This document shows positions 38,712-50,700 of a DNA stretch of 64,000 nt, in pieces. Both the position numbers and the translations under genes were made by a program. The stretch is from Giardia intestinalis (Eukaryota), in NCBI GenBank assembly GCA_000002435.2, contig CM018792.1; one strand, written 5' to 3'. The stretch's first letter is position 1, and every line of letters begins with the position of its first letter. The notes beneath the pieces are model-generated. The model worked only from the letters and a program-made list of their open reading frames with translations, was not told the DNA's origin and searched no databases.

Positions 38712-41700
38712 ATGCAGTACAGTCTCTCAGCCGTGCGGATGTTCAATTTCAAAACATTCGTTGGGGAGCACAGTATCACAGATATTCCACGGCTTAGCTT
38801 CATCGTTGGCCCCAACGGATCTGGAAAGACAAACATTTATGATGCTATTCTCTTCGCCACGCTCTTTCCTGATCCTCGAGTGCGTATTTCGGATGGATAC
38901 ATCTCTGCAGGGGCGGACGGTGGATGCTGGGTTTCGTTAACCTTTACTGTAGCCTGTCAAGATACCGACACAGTAGAGCCTAGCCAGATAGGAGCTACGC
39001 TCTCCTTTCACCGTGGGTATCAACGCACTGGTGCAGAGATCTTTAAAATAGATGGCCGAACAGTCACCAGAGAGGTCTACAATTCTAAGTTGAAAGAGAT
39101 TGGCATACTGGGTCAGCGTCAGGTTCCATCCATATTTTATATAAGCAGCGATCAATTGGGGGAAAATATTAGGGCGGAGACAATAATTCAGTACATTGAG
39201 ACAGCGTCTGGAAGCTGCGAATACAACGAGGAGTGCACACATCTGTCAAAGGAGTATACCTCTCTTGAAGCTAAAGTAAAAGCCCAGAAAGCACGACTCA
39301 ACCTTCTCGCCCAAAGAAAAGAGCTGGCAAAGAAAGCAGAAGAAGACAACAAAAAGTATGCAGAGCTGAATCGTAACAGAGAGCTATTTTTTTTCAAGCG
39401 CTTTCTCCTTCCCTTGCTCTCTTACAAATACCATTGTCAGCTTATCGAGCCAAGGATTCTAGCTCTCACTAAGGATCTGTCTGATGCAGAGACAGCAAAG
39501 TCTGCAACTCAGCACCATTTAGCAGAGCTTCATAGCACGTCTCTTGAGCTAACCAAGATCATAACAGAGAGTGATGCAAAGAGTGTCTCGCTAGACAACT
39601 CTCTTAAGGATTTAGAGAGAAGACGCGCGAGTACCATCCTTGCAGAGCAGCAGCTCGCCATTAAAATTAAAAATGCCCATGACCAACAACTTACCTACAC
39701 AGAGAGAAAGCAGCAGAAAGAGCACGAACTTACCCAGATTGATCAGCAGTTACATTCAGTTAATAATGACTTGATAGAGCTGGAGTCACAGATGGGTCAT
39801 GGTTCGAACTGCCAAGTGAGCGCCTCTAAGTTTTTCACAGACGCTTATAAGAAAAGACAGCAAGAGTTCAGCGAATTAAAGGACGCCGATCTCAGGCTCA
39901 TCAGCAACCTGCGACAACGATATAACAAGCAACTACTACATAAAGAACAGCAGCAGCGAGCCGTTGATCAGTTGAGAGATGAGCTGGGGGCTCTGCAGGA
40001 AAGGCAAAGCGTGCTCGAACGGACCCAAAAGCAATGCAAACGATCCATGGATGACGCTCTGTCAAAGGTAAACGCCTGTAGCAGTGAGATAGAACAAATA
40101 AAGCAACAGAATAAAGACATAGACGAAAAGAAATGCGCCAATTTATTGACGCTCGAGAGCTTGCGTAACCAATTAAGCACAGCTATACAGGCTCAAACGA
40201 TGAGTAAGCATGAAGAGGAACTTAGACTGTCACTAAAGGAAAGCCAGGACGCCTTTCCACAAGACGTACAAGGGCTATTAAAGACTATGGTGACGCCCAT
40301 CAAAAAGGAGCACGGGCAGCTACTCCAAGATGCGCTGGGGGCCTATCAGAACGGAGTTGTTTGTTCCTCATCACTAGTCGCACAGAAGTGCATCACTACG
40401 CTAAAGCTCAAAATGAGACGCCCTCTGATGTTCCTTCCTGCGGACTCTCTTAGGATAACTGATCAAGCAACAGCTGCAGACAGAAATGCAGCAGCTAAAT
40501 TCCGCCAGTCACATCCAGGAATAGATATTAGACCCTTCATTGAAATAATAGATGTTAATAAAGTGGCAGAGAAAGCCACAAGGTTTGCGTTACATAACAC
40601 CTTTTACTGTGACTCTGCCTATGAATCCAGTGTTACCGACTTTGCGTGGAAAGACGGAGGCGGGCACAGGGTCATTATGAGTAACGGGGTTCAGCTGAGG
40701 CCAGGTGGAATTGTCTCTTGTGACTTTGGAGCAGATAGTTTTATTTCTTCAACCAGCGATCCTAAGTTAGCTAAACGGCGGCGCGCCAAAGATGTACCAG
40801 CAGGAGGCTTGGCTGATGCAGATGCCTCCCAACAAGCTACGCTTAAAGATGACAAGAAGTCAATGCGCCTCAGTGATGAGGAAGCGTCCCTTCAGTGCAC
40901 AAAACTTATGCAGCTACAGGACTCCCTTCTAGAACAAGCAACGCGAAATATGGAGCGGCTCCAGCGTTTGCAGTATACTGACTTGATCAATTATAATAGC
41001 GAGTATCAACGTGCCGAAAAGGCGTGGGACATGGTCAATCTTCAAATGGCATCTCTCTCTGCCAAATGTGCAGCAGCAAATAATAGCTATGAACAAGCTA
41101 CCAAATCTTTAGATGCTTCCATAAAAGACTGTGAGCAATTAGGGGACGCCCTCTGTGACCAAGAGGAAGCGCTCTGGAATGAAAAGGAAGAGTACTTTTC
41201 CGAGATAGTAGCCGAAATATCAGTTGCTATCAAGCAGGATTCCGATCCATCGCTGGCTAACTTGCGGAAAAAGGACCGGATATTTCTTAAAGATCTGGAA
41301 GAAGAAGATCAGCAACAAAGAGGAGAGATTGTTTTGCGATTCACCAAGTTGAAGGAGATGAAGTATTCTCTGGAAATGCGCAAGCAGTTGGCAGGAAAGT
41401 TTGATTATTCTGAGCAGATTGACAAATTGCGACAAATAATTAAAGAATCTACTGAGCATCGAGCCAAGATTGCCACTGAAAAGCGCACTCTTGATGACCA
41501 AATTGCAGAGACCCGCAAACTTCTTCTCGACCAATCAACGGCATCTAAAGATGCCACTATGCAACGAGCACACATAACTGACCGCATAGCACAGCAACAA
41601 ATTAAGTTAGGAGCCGCTGGCTCGAAGATTTTACAGTTGAGTACCCAACTAACAGTCATGCAGAGCGCGTTACGGGGTATCCAACGAGATATTCTCCACC

Positions 41701-42773
41701 TGTGCGAATCAGCACTTATGACCAATACCGTATTAATATTCGACTCAGTACAGGAAGAGATAGACGCAGAGAACGTGCGCCGGTCCAGAGTAAGGAGCAA
41801 AAAGAGGAATGAAACCTCTGATACCACTTCCCAGTGCATGGCACTTTTTGATGAATGCCAGAGACTACTGTCGTCATCCGAAGAAGACCTTGGAGAGCAG
41901 ATTGCAAGCACATGCAGTGCGCTCCTGGCACTACCTTTTCCATATCATTTTGTTGACCCAGATAGGCAATTGGAAAAGGCGTACACATTAGCTTTGCAGG
42001 CTAACGATTCTAGCTATAATAAATGCATAGAGCCTCTAGAAAAGCAATACAGTATCCTAGAAGCCAAGTTAGGGGATTTGAAGAAAGCGCTGGATAAAGA
42101 GATAGACTCTCTTGACGATTATGTGGCAGTGGACATTAGTCTCGATGATCTAGATAAAGAGCTTTCTAAGGAGACGGAAGAACTCAAGAGCCTACATAAA
42201 AAGAGGAGTGAAGCACATGCTCAATTGACTGTGGTAACTGAAAAACGGAGGAAGCACTTCTTGCATTGCTTTGACTTTCTCTCCAAGGAGATATCAGCGG
42301 TGTACTATGCTTTAGCGTACGATGATGTTGCAGATAGTGATTTGTCAACGCAAGTGGCGTCTCTGACCCTAACTAAGCGCCAAACGCCTTGGACCACTGA
42401 CTTCATTTTTACTGTCTTTCCTCCTAGCAGCTATGCAAAAGGGTTCGACGAGTTGTCCTCCGGCGAAAAGTCTATCGCTCTTTTGGCGTTGGTGTTCTGC
42501 CTTCACCGCTACAAGACTCTTCCATTTCTTCTGCTTGACGAAGTGGACAAGAACTTGGACTCAAGAAACGTTGAGAGGCTATCATATTACCTTTGTCGAG
42601 AGCGCGGATTTCATACTCTTGCCATATCTCACCAGGCGTCCATGTTTGTTAATGGTGACCTTCTGATCGGTGTCACCCGCGTGCGGACCTCACCTGGCGA
42701 GAAGGCGTCCGCCGGCTCATGGTGCGGCGCAGAGATATACCTGCTTGACATGACACACTACAATGGACCGTAG
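38712..42773 (+). CDS. SMC-family chromosome ATPase, closest to the cohesin SMC1 type. Start refined to the ATG at 38712.
   Basis: The N-terminus has the Walker A motif FIVGPNGSGKTNIYDAILFA. Long coiled-coil arms flank a hinge block GVVCSSSLVAQKCITTLKLKMRRPLMFLPADSL (compare the SMC1/3 hinge ending ...TFLPLD). The C-terminus has the signature/Walker B block LSSGEKSIALLALVFCLHRYKTLPFLLLDEVDKNLD (compare SMC1 [36 protein letters not shown]). No Rad50 CXXC zinc hook is present. Confidence 0.75.
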   Translation: MQYSLSAVRMFNFKTFVGEHSITDIPRLSFIVGPNGSGKTNIYDAILFATLFPDPRVRISDGYISAGADGGCWVSLTFTVACQDTDTVEPSQIGATLSFHRGYQRTGAEIFKIDGRTVTREVYNSKLKEIGILGQRQVPSIFYISSDQLGENIRAETIIQYIETASGSCEYNEECTHLSKEYTSLEAKVKAQKARLNLLAQRKELAKKAEEDNKKYAELNRNRELFFFKRFLLPLLSYKYHCQLIEPRILALTKDLSDAETAKSATQHHLAELHSTSLELTKIITESDAKSVSLDNSLKDLERRRASTILAEQQLAIKIKNAHDQQLTYTERKQQKEHELTQIDQQLHSVNNDLIELESQMGHGSNCQVSASKFFTDAYKKRQQEFSELKDADLRLISNLRQRYNKQLLHKEQQQRAVDQLRDELGALQERQSVLERTQKQCKRSMDDALSKVNACSSEIEQIKQQNKDIDEKKCANLLTLESLRNQLSTAIQAQTMSKHEEELRLSLKESQDAFPQDVQGLLKTMVTPIKKEHGQLLQDALGAYQNGVVCSSSLVAQKCITTLKLKMRRPLMFLPADSLRITDQATAADRNAAAKFRQSHPGIDIRPFIEIIDVNKVAEKATRFALHNTFYCDSAYESSVTDFAWKDGGGHRVIMSNGVQLRPGGIVSCDFGADSFISSTSDPKLAKRRRAKDVPAGGLADADASQQATLKDDKKSMRLSDEEASLQCTKLMQLQDSLLEQATRNMERLQRLQYTDLINYNSEYQRAEKAWDMVNLQMASLSAKCAAANNSYEQATKSLDASIKDCEQLGDALCDQEEALWNEKEEYFSEIVAEISVAIKQDSDPSLANLRKKDRIFLKDLEEEDQQQRGEIVLRFTKLKEMKYSLEMRKQLAGKFDYSEQIDKLRQIIKESTEHRAKIATEKRTLDDQIAETRKLLLDQSTASKDATMQRAHITDRIAQQQIKLGAAGSKILQLSTQLTVMQSALRGIQRDILHLCESALMTNTVLIFDSVQEEIDAENVRRSRVRSKKRNETSDTTSQCMALFDECQRLLSSSEEDLGEQIASTCSALLALPFPYHFVDPDRQLEKAYTLALQANDSSYNKCIEPLEKQYSILEAKLGDLKKALDKEIDSLDDYVAVDISLDDLDKELSKETEELKSLHKKRSEAHAQLTVVTEKRRKHFLHCFDFLSKEISAVYYALAYDDVADSDLSTQVASLTLTKRQTPWTTDFIFTVFPPSSYAKGFDELSSGEKSIALLALVFCLHRYKTLPFLLLDEVDKNLDSRNVERLSYYLCRERGFHTLAISHQASMFVNGDLLIGVTRVRTSPGEKASAGSWCGAEIYLLDMTHYNGP

Positions 42774-42823
42774 GCGACCGTCTTCGTCGCCGCGTTTACT
42801 CACAGGTCCGTGCACGCGAGAGC

Positions 42824-43216
42824 TCAGTAGAAGTAGCCAATGACCTTGCCACCTATCTGACGGTGCTGAGCTTCGATGTGGTCCATGATGCCCTGGGAAG
42901 TAGTGAGGATGATGTGCCCGAAGAGACGCGACGGCAGAAGATTGACGACCCACTTCTCAATGTCGTTGGCGGGAATGTCGAAACGAGGAGATATGACACC
43001 AGCCTTGTTGAGTCTTCCGATGAGGTTCACGACGATCCTGTTTGAGCGGTGGTTATCCACGACTGCGAAGTCGCTTATGTAGCCGTTCTTCTGCATAAGT
43101 TGGAGGAACTCGATGATAACCTTCGAGGAAGGACGGACAATCACCTGTTTCTTCCCGATGCGTTGGGCGTTGCAAATGGACTTGAGTGCGTCACGGAGAA
43201 CGTTGATGCGAACCAT
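42824..43216 (-). CDS. RPS15A: 40S ribosomal protein S15a (uS8). Start refined to the ATG at 43216.
   Basis: The 130-aa product [80 protein letters not shown]...[25 protein letters not shown]...GGKVIGYFY is near-colinear with eukaryotic S15a. The track start at 43249 is GTG. Confidence 0.9.
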   Translation of the reverse strand: MVRINVLRDALKSICNAQRIGKKQVIVRPSSKVIIEFLQLMQKNGYISDFAVVDNHRSNRIVVNLIGRLNKAGVISPRFDIPANDIEKWVVNLLPSRLFGHIILTTSQGIMDHIEAQHRQIGGKVIGYFY

Positions 43217-43406
43217 GCCTACTGGATCTGCTTCCCAGCACGCCGGCACGCGATGTGCGCTCAGCGAGCTTGGTACTTGTTAGCGGGTGTTAGTACGGGG
43301 GAAACATACGCCTGTCGCTCTTGGTTTTATAACGATGTTAAATAGCAATTTAAAATTGATGGAATTTTTTATCTCATCCGAAGGACCCCAACCTGGCGGC
43401 CAGTAG

Positions 43407-44501
43407 ATGGTGCTAGACAGGGCCTCTGATATTGTCACAGCCGCGACGACGTCCAACGATGCGCTCCTTAGTAAGCTTTCGGCGCTCAGAGCAGGCTACC
43501 TAGTGGATCCTGCACTTCGGGCAATCTATACCAAGCCCTCCCTTCCTCGTAAAGACCCGATGATAAATAGGGGCACGTGGTTTCGGTTCACTTACATCGA
43601 GCAGATGGCAGTGGCTTTTGCGGCTAAGTATGCTGGAAACTGTGCAATTGTTAGTCTTGGAGCCGGTCTCGACACTCTTTACTGGCGTTTACAGCTCATC
43701 GCACAACAAGAAAGGAGCGAAGGGAAGCAAAGTTATTTCCATGTCAAGCACTGGATTGAACTGGACCTGCCATCAATTACAGAACTCAAAGCAAAGAAGT
43801 TTGACCTTATGCACGGGGAAACTATTGACATGCCTATGTCTGAGGACTGTGCTGTCCGGCCATTTCAGGAGGGCCAGGTAATTCTGTATCGTCCCAAAAG
43901 GGAGCATGCCGAAACTACCCCAGAGGCACTGCGCGTCGATCTGCCGGGCTATCAGCTTTATGCGGCCAATCTGGAAATGCGTAAGACATGGATGCCGCTG
44001 GTGCGAAAGATTGTAGCAGACGAAAAAGGGGATACGACGCTGCCCGTGCTCTTCTTGTCTGAGGTGTGCTTGTCGTACTTAGACGCCGACTCGACCGTAG
44101 GCATCATACGGGACCTTCCAACCTATTTCAACAATTTTGGGCTTGTCTGCTTTGAGATGGTCAACCCTTCAGACTCATTTGGGGAGATGATGCAGATCAA
44201 CATGGCAGAGCGTCAAGTCGTTATGCCCTCATTTGTGGAGCTGGGCTTTACGGCTCAGTATCGTAAGCTCTTCCAGCTGAGCGGCTATGAAGCCTCGTAT
44301 GCTAAAGAGGCGGGGGATGTGTATCGCAGCTTTTGGCCAGCTAGACGCCGCGAGATAGAACAGCTCGAGCTCTTTGATGAGTTTGAGCAATGGAATCTGA
44401 TTATGGGGCACTACGCATGTATAATGGGGTGGACCGGCATCGAGAATCTCGAGGAGATGCTGGCGTCTGTTGGGCAAAGCGCAGATTCCCCCGACAAGTA
44501 A
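43407..44501 (+). CDS. LCMT1: Leucine carboxyl methyltransferase (the PP2A C-subunit methyltransferase, LCMT1/PPM1 family).
   Basis: [38 protein letters not shown]...[16 protein letters not shown] matches the LCMT1 blocks [37 protein letters not shown]...QIVNLGAGMDTTFWRL. Downstream blocks LSEVCLSYL and [18 protein letters not shown] also match. AGTAAAT overlaps the TAA stop at 44497-44503. Confidence 0.85.
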   Translation: MVLDRASDIVTAATTSNDALLSKLSALRAGYLVDPALRAIYTKPSLPRKDPMINRGTWFRFTYIEQMAVAFAAKYAGNCAIVSLGAGLDTLYWRLQLIAQQERSEGKQSYFHVKHWIELDLPSITELKAKKFDLMHGETIDMPMSEDCAVRPFQEGQVILYRPKREHAETTPEALRVDLPGYQLYAANLEMRKTWMPLVRKIVADEKGDTTLPVLFLSEVCLSYLDADSTVGIIRDLPTYFNNFGLVCFEMVNPSDSFGEMMQINMAERQVVMPSFVELGFTAQYRKLFQLSGYEASYAKEAGDVYRSFWPARRREIEQLELFDEFEQWNLIMGHYACIMGWTGIENLEEMLASVGQSADSPDK

Positions 44502-44532
44502 ATATTCACTAGCGAGAATTTACGTTTATTGC

Positions 44533-45870
44533 ATGGTCAGTTGTGTCGACAAGATCTTCTGCACCGCGTGTTGCAAGGCTCGGATTCGAGGATGTACAGT
44601 TTGTGCACAGAAATTCCTTGCGTATCTAATTTTTGGTCTTATACTTGCAGCTAATTTGGCGGGTGTAGTTGAGATATCAATTCTCTGGAAGCGGCCAGAG
44701 GTGGTTATACCCTTCCTTGTTGTGATTGGATACGCTTTGATCGTTGTCTCTGTACACTTCTGTTTCGCTGTGTGGCTTGACCCGGGATTCACAACACCTT
44801 CGTATGGAGGTATTCGGCGCAAGTGCTTGATCTGCGATAAAGCCAAGCCGATACGCGCACACCACTGTAAAATATGCAATCGATGCGTCCTTAAGTACGA
44901 TCACCATTGTCCTTGGATTGGGAACTGCGTTGGTCTCAATAACTACGGACACTTCTGGTGCTTTCTGCTCTGGGCCATCATTACGCAATGTCTTTGTATA
45001 CTCTATAACGTCCTGGGAACGGTCTTTGTTTTTCAGCTTCTTGTCGCCTATCTACCGATTGTTTCTATTGTTGTGGCTGCAATTGTAATCGCTGGTATAT
45101 CGATTCTCTTCAACATGCACGTCATTATGATACGCAACAACATGACCACTATCGAGTACTTCAAATGGAAGGATTCCAAAGCAAGTCTGCAGCACTATAC
45201 GAATCACTATACTCTCGGTTCTTCAGGAGCTAATATTGCACAGGTCATATCACCTATTTGGGCAATAGGGGTTCCGTGGCGCATTCGACCAAGGCACTCT
45301 GGATTGTGGACATACTGTTACGATCAAAATGTTGAGCTGGCTGTGCCAAAGGTAGAGACCAATCACTCTATTGAAGTTATGCACACACCTCAGCTATTTA
45401 CAAAGCAACTAGACGCCAATCCAACTGTACAGTTGGAGCCCACCGTTACAGCATCGATCACTCATAACGCGATGCCTAGTAATGCTAGAACATACCCCCA
45501 GCCTGTGAACGCACGCAAAAGACGGCATGAGCCTCCTAGAACATCGGTGCGGTTAGATGTTATGGGGCCATACACCATAGGGTCACTAAACTACCCGAGT
45601 TCTACCATAAACAATCCTACTACTCTCTCCCTTTATGCGTCTAGACCAAGAACCTCTGAATCAATTATTACAGCATCGTCAAGACCATCGTCAGCGGCAC
45701 CAAGTCGTGTAACTACTCCGCCGGTCATTCAAATGGACCCCATGGCCTACCACAGTAATAGCTTTTCTTCTCCTTCAAGAGTGGTCGCTTTTTCTCCTTC
45801 CAAAAGCCCAACCACTCAACCTAGATCACCGAACATATTCGATAGAATTGTCCAGGGTCTGGAAAATTGA
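44533..45870 (+). CDS. DHHC-type protein S-acyltransferase (palmitoyltransferase). Start refined to the ATG at 44533.
   Basis: Four transmembrane segments flank the DHHC-CRD block [48 protein letters not shown]. The track start at 44470 is TTG and would overlap LCMT1. Confidence 0.85.
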   Translation: MVSCVDKIFCTACCKARIRGCTVCAQKFLAYLIFGLILAANLAGVVEISILWKRPEVVIPFLVVIGYALIVVSVHFCFAVWLDPGFTTPSYGGIRRKCLICDKAKPIRAHHCKICNRCVLKYDHHCPWIGNCVGLNNYGHFWCFLLWAIITQCLCILYNVLGTVFVFQLLVAYLPIVSIVVAAIVIAGISILFNMHVIMIRNNMTTIEYFKWKDSKASLQHYTNHYTLGSSGANIAQVISPIWAIGVPWRIRPRHSGLWTYCYDQNVELAVPKVETNHSIEVMHTPQLFTKQLDANPTVQLEPTVTASITHNAMPSNARTYPQPVNARKRRHEPPRTSVRLDVMGPYTIGSLNYPSSTINNPTTLSLYASRPRTSESIITASSRPSSAAPSRVTTPPVIQMDPMAYHSNSFSSPSRVVAFSPSKSPTTQPRSPNIFDRIVQGLEN

Positions 45871-45943
45871 CCATCGTTTCATCTGCTCGTTAGATCATCA
45901 AACTGGTGATATCGACTTAAATACCAAACATTTAGAAGTTCCA

Positions 45944-46816
45944 ATGCTATTCTACTTTCTTATACTCTCAATACTTTCAGTGATTGAATTTCAACCGAGT
46001 GATGTGGGCATGGAGTATTCGCGTGTCAGCGAAGCAGAAATAACGATTATTCTAGGCATTAGTACCTTACGTGAGCAGCAAGGCATTATTATCAGAAATG
46101 AAAACTTAATGGGAAGCAATGGGGTTCGATATCCAATAGAGTTATTAATCACAGTGGAGCCCGTCTCAGTGATTGATATTCTTGTTAGTGAAATAAGCCC
46201 CTTCATACCCTCAAGAATTATTCAAGTAGAGGATATGCTATGTGGCTCTACTACACTGAACAATCCGTGCATGGGGAAAAAAACCCTATGCTGTGTGGAC
46301 CTGTACAAGGGGGTGAACTACTTTAGATGCTATGCTTCTGCTGACGTACGCTATAGAAGATATGAATGGGGTGATATCTCCTCAATTGTTGGCTTTAATA
46401 TTCATGTGAAAGGCATAACAGAGCAAGCTGAATATAAGCTTTTCAATCCTGACTACAATCTTATAACACAGATTGATAATCTAAGATTGCATTTTTCCTT
46501 CCGCGCTGACAACTCTGTGGAAGGGGTGCTCTCTTCCCTTCAGAAACACACCATAATTCAAACTTCTGACTCGGAATCAATCGATAGCTTGCGTGTCCTA
46601 TTTGCAGGAGACTTACTCATATCCACCGAAGATGAATGGGCCAGTCAGTCTTCATGCTACATAGAGGCTGACGAGGAATTCAATCTTGCTCGCGACACAA
46701 TTGGATTGTCTCAAATCGTGGGGAGCGAATATAGTGGGTTCTTATCAGATAACATAATCCACCTTGTAGGGAATTTAGACATGATCTTTTATCTCACTAT
46801 TTCAGCTAGTAAATAA
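45944..46816 (+). CDS. Hypothetical protein with a hydrophobic N-terminus (possible signal peptide or TM). The start is uncertain; the ATG at 45944 was chosen.
   Basis: The track ORF starts on TTG inside the DHHC gene. The ATG at 45944 is preceded by AT-rich sequence. No recognised domain. Confidence 0.4.
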   Translation: MLFYFLILSILSVIEFQPSDVGMEYSRVSEAEITIILGISTLREQQGIIIRNENLMGSNGVRYPIELLITVEPVSVIDILVSEISPFIPSRIIQVEDMLCGSTTLNNPCMGKKTLCCVDLYKGVNYFRCYASADVRYRRYEWGDISSIVGFNIHVKGITEQAEYKLFNPDYNLITQIDNLRLHFSFRADNSVEGVLSSLQKHTIIQTSDSESIDSLRVLFAGDLLISTEDEWASQSSCYIEADEEFNLARDTIGLSQIVGSEYSGFLSDNIIHLVGNLDMIFYLTISASK

Positions 46817-46824
46817 AGTCCATG

Positions 46825-47772
46825 CTACTCCTGTTCTGGTTCGGCAGAGAGCGCCTGTATCTTTGCATCTATATCAGCAATTAGATCCTCGGCCACATTT
46901 TCTTCCAGATAGATATCCTTTACCTGAAGAAGGGCCTCCTTCGCGTCTTCATATTCTCCTGCCAAGTTATAGCACCATGCCAGGTCATGAAGTGCAACGG
47001 CATCTTTAGGGTTCTGTGCAAGTACTAGATCGCAGCACATGGCACCCTGTTCGTACATTCCCACTCCGGCGCATATCCGCGAGAGGGCCAGAAGAAACTG
47101 CTGTGTTGGCTGATTTTCATCTGAATGAACGGTGATCTCTTCCGAACCGTCCTCCGCCTGCTCAATTTTGTAGAATCCACGCTGCTCCATTAGTTCAAGA
47201 GCACACAAGGCTGCTTTTTCAGCCAGGTCGAATGATTCTGCTACAAGGTGCGCCCCAGCAAGACTTATATGAGGCTCAATAAAAGATGGGTTCATGCTGA
47301 TTGCTTCCTTTGCTGTCCTGATCGCGGCCTTAGTGTCTGGCGGGTCAAGACGAGTTAGATACGCATCCGCAAGTGTTGCCAGAGCTAATATTAGCGAGGT
47401 ACGAGACTCTTCTGTACTTGTGTGCTTTCTAAAGATACCTATTGCCGAATTCAGATTAGATGGATCACCTGTGATCTCATAGAGGGTCATGTATCGGACC
47501 CCAGCGGCATGAGTTAGGTGATCGTACCCAAGCGCCTTGGCATAGCAACTAGTTGCTTTCTGAAAATCTCCAGCAACGCTGAAAATTTCGCCAAGCGAGT
47601 CAAGCACAGATGGCTGATTGCAAAGGGGAAGCGCACGCTCTGCAATAGTAAGAGCTTTAGCAAAATTTCCCGCTTCCAGTTTTGCGTATGCTTGAGTAAT
47701 CAGTTCACTCACAGCCCCCTGTGGTGGTTGTGGCTTGCGTTTCACTGTATTATGCTGTCGAGCCTTGCCCAT
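46825..47772 (-). CDS. TPR-repeat protein with a basic N-terminus and an acidic C-terminus.
   Basis: The 315-aa product has an ATG start and at least six TPR-like 34-aa helical pairs with A/L/G/Y spacing (...AKALGYDHLTHAAG..., ...AIRTAKEAISMNPSF..., ...HDLAWCYNLAGEYEDAKEAL...). Confidence 0.65.
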   Translation of the reverse strand: MGKARQHNTVKRKPQPPQGAVSELITQAYAKLEAGNFAKALTIAERALPLCNQPSVLDSLGEIFSVAGDFQKATSCYAKALGYDHLTHAAGVRYMTLYEITGDPSNLNSAIGIFRKHTSTEESRTSLILALATLADAYLTRLDPPDTKAAIRTAKEAISMNPSFIEPHISLAGAHLVAESFDLAEKAALCALELMEQRGFYKIEQAEDGSEEITVHSDENQPTQQFLLALSRICAGVGMYEQGAMCCDLVLAQNPKDAVALHDLAWCYNLAGEYEDAKEALLQVKDIYLEENVAEDLIADIDAKIQALSAEPEQE

Positions 47773-50700
47773 GGTTCAATTATTTGAATTTAATCAAAGC
47801 GTCACCAAAATATGATGTGAGACCCAGCTGTGCCGAACACACAAAGCCAACATATCATCCTATCATAAATAGATTCTGACATATCGCTAGGTGGGCATCG
47901 TTCTTGAATATATCGTTTCAAGCATTTTAAGGTACTGTTTTTAGTGGACAGAACAACACGTATACCTCTTTTAGGTCAACAGTGACTTTACAATGCTCAC
48001 CATATCGACCATTGTTCAGTACTTAAAAAGCCGACGCACCCTTCTCTGCTATCGTGCAGCTGAGGATCACATCGGGATACAGCTCTTGTTCTAAGGAAGA
48101 GCCGGGCTGCACTTGTCCTGTATACTTGCGCAGCACAGAGAGCCTTGCAAGTCGTGGTGCTGGACCATGTAGTGCGCTGTTTTGCTTTCTTGCATGGACT
48201 GCGGGGCTTATGCAAGAAAGTTGATGGCAGGAAACGTGTACACACTGGCGCTTATATCGTTCCGCTTGATACAAGGCAGCAAGGACGCGTTTTTGTACAC
48301 ACAGTCTAGGATTAATGGCTAAGTACCTTCACACATTGCGTGCCCTGATTTCTGCTTGCTATGGGCCTGTCTGAGCTCTACAACCCTCTGAAGAGAGAGC
48401 TAATCTACCTAACGTTAGCCAAGGCCGCATTCTGACGCTGATAAGCTGGCCACTGACTCACCAATCAACAGCACATGCCACCTTGCACTTCTACCCATAG
48501 AAGCTGCATCTCGGTGTTCTGCTTAACCATAATGTACGGCCTCTCTGCAAGACACGCGTTCCCTGTCTCGGCGCAGCCATAGTAGGATCTGTGGTCAAAT
48601 GCGTAGAAGAACGTACCCAAAAGGTATCGTCTCGGCTCTCCATCTACTGTGATGCGTACTAGCATATGCCAAGTAACTAGTTCATGCGTATCTGTAAGAG
48701 TCTTCAGATACCGCGTAGATATGCGCAGAAGTACTTAACCCTGCCCGTACAGCGCGGCCCCTAGATCACAGATCTTTGCAAACAACCTGGACCGCTATCA
48801 CATGTGCTTCTCCGAGCAAGAAGGCAGTACCTCGGGCTCGCCTAAAAGTACCGCTATGGATCAGCAATCCTTTAAGGAGTGTCTCGCTAGCATCACACGT
48901 GCCTATTGATGGGTGGTTTGTACATCCGTGATATGGCTGTTCTTGTACCTCCAATTACTTCGAGAAAGAACCAGGGAGCGCTCCTTGCGGATTACAGCCG
49001 TGCCACATCAAGCATGCGGCCGCACACCCTTCCAACGTGAGTGACGCACACCGCTGAGACCCATGCACGTTGCTCCGCGGTGTTGCATTGGCACGCAAGT
49101 AGGCTATTCTGAAGACTGCAAACTGTTTCAAGCACCCTGTTACTCCATTCCATATCTTGCAGACGCGCCACAGCGGACGCTTTCACAGATGCCTATAGCA
49201 GAGGAGCTCCTTCGAAGCAAGGGTTGCCTGAAGGTCTTTCTTTATATTGAGGTGACTTGCTAGCCAGCTGGTATAGGCGTCGAAGGAGCCCCATACCTCG
49301 CCTCGGCGATATACCCACCTGCGCACTCGCCGCCCTTCAAGCCTGCCTGCGCTCCCAACGAACTCGGCGAAGGTGGGCAGCAGGCGCGCTGGGAAAGTTC
49401 GGCACCCCGTGTTCCCACGACGTCTCCGATCGCAGTACTGGCGGGGCCTGACGGCGCTTCTCTTCTTAATTCGGAACGAGTTAATTCGGAACGAGTTAAG
49501 GAGTTTCCGCCGTAGGATGGCCGAACTGGCGGCCGGTGGGGCTGTGCAATGCACAAAAGACTTGAGCTTGTAAATCTAGCTTGTTACAATTGGTTTATCG
49601 CCGGGGCTGTGTACAAGGGCCGAATGATCGAAATGGGATAAGCGGAGCGGTCTCTTGTCGATGAAGGAGATAGTGCCCGAGGCAGTGCTGGAGTCGTTCT
49701 CGAGGGCAAACATCTGGACACAGCCGCCAACATGCGACCCCTGCCAACCAGCACACGGAATTTGGTCGATAAGCTGACTGGGCAGCATGCATCTAGGGGA
49801 TTAGCGTTTACCAAAGGACCACATGCAGCCTCTTGAATAGATGAGATGTCGCGTTTGGGTCGAAGGCAGTTGGGCAGCTTCTAGCCCCCAGAGTGCTAAC
49901 CAGTGCCCTGTAAGCTGTCTTGCTAGCACTTGCCTTTCTGCACCCACTGATTGCGGTGTGTCGAACGGATAGCTTCTAGAAGGTAATGCCAGATTCAGGA
50001 GGGATCACCGCGGAGCCCTTCTGCACATGCTTAGTCAATTAAGGGGTACTACTACGATGTGTATCACATGCTATAGCCAGTTACGCCAGCATGGGAGGCT
50101 AGCCATGTCTGGGAAGTAGTAGCTAGTGACACGGTCGACTGCCGGCCATGAGAGCTCCGCGGGGCTGTTCTACTGCGGCTCCATCCTTACACAGAAGGTG
50201 CTGCTATGGGCTAGGATGCGCTGCAGTCCATCAAAGCTTGATGGCGAGAGTCTCGATGAAGACAGAGACATGCGTGTTCTAAGAGCTGGTCCTGCTTCTA
50301 TTGGTACCTTATCATGCGCTGCTCTCCGTGAAGCAATAGGACTGCATGCCGGGAGCTTCATTTATATATACACATAACAAAGCAGGAGCGAGTCGTTCTC
50401 TTGGCTGCTGATCAATGACCCCTCTGTAGCCTACGTCGATCCGGTGGCGAGCCGGCTATTGAAGCTTCCTGTGTCCAATACTAATACTGCCTACGACGGG
50501 CGCCATACTAGCCAAGAATTTGGATAAACAATACCACGATTCATGGGTACGGAGAGTGGCTAGATCGCGTGACTATGCCTTCCAGTTCTCTACTCACCGC
50601 TGGCTGCGCACCAGCTATCTTGGATGCCACAAGAAAAGAGATCAAGCGTTATGCTCTCATTACAAGTATCTCTACGTGGCTCAACAGAATACCTGCCCCG

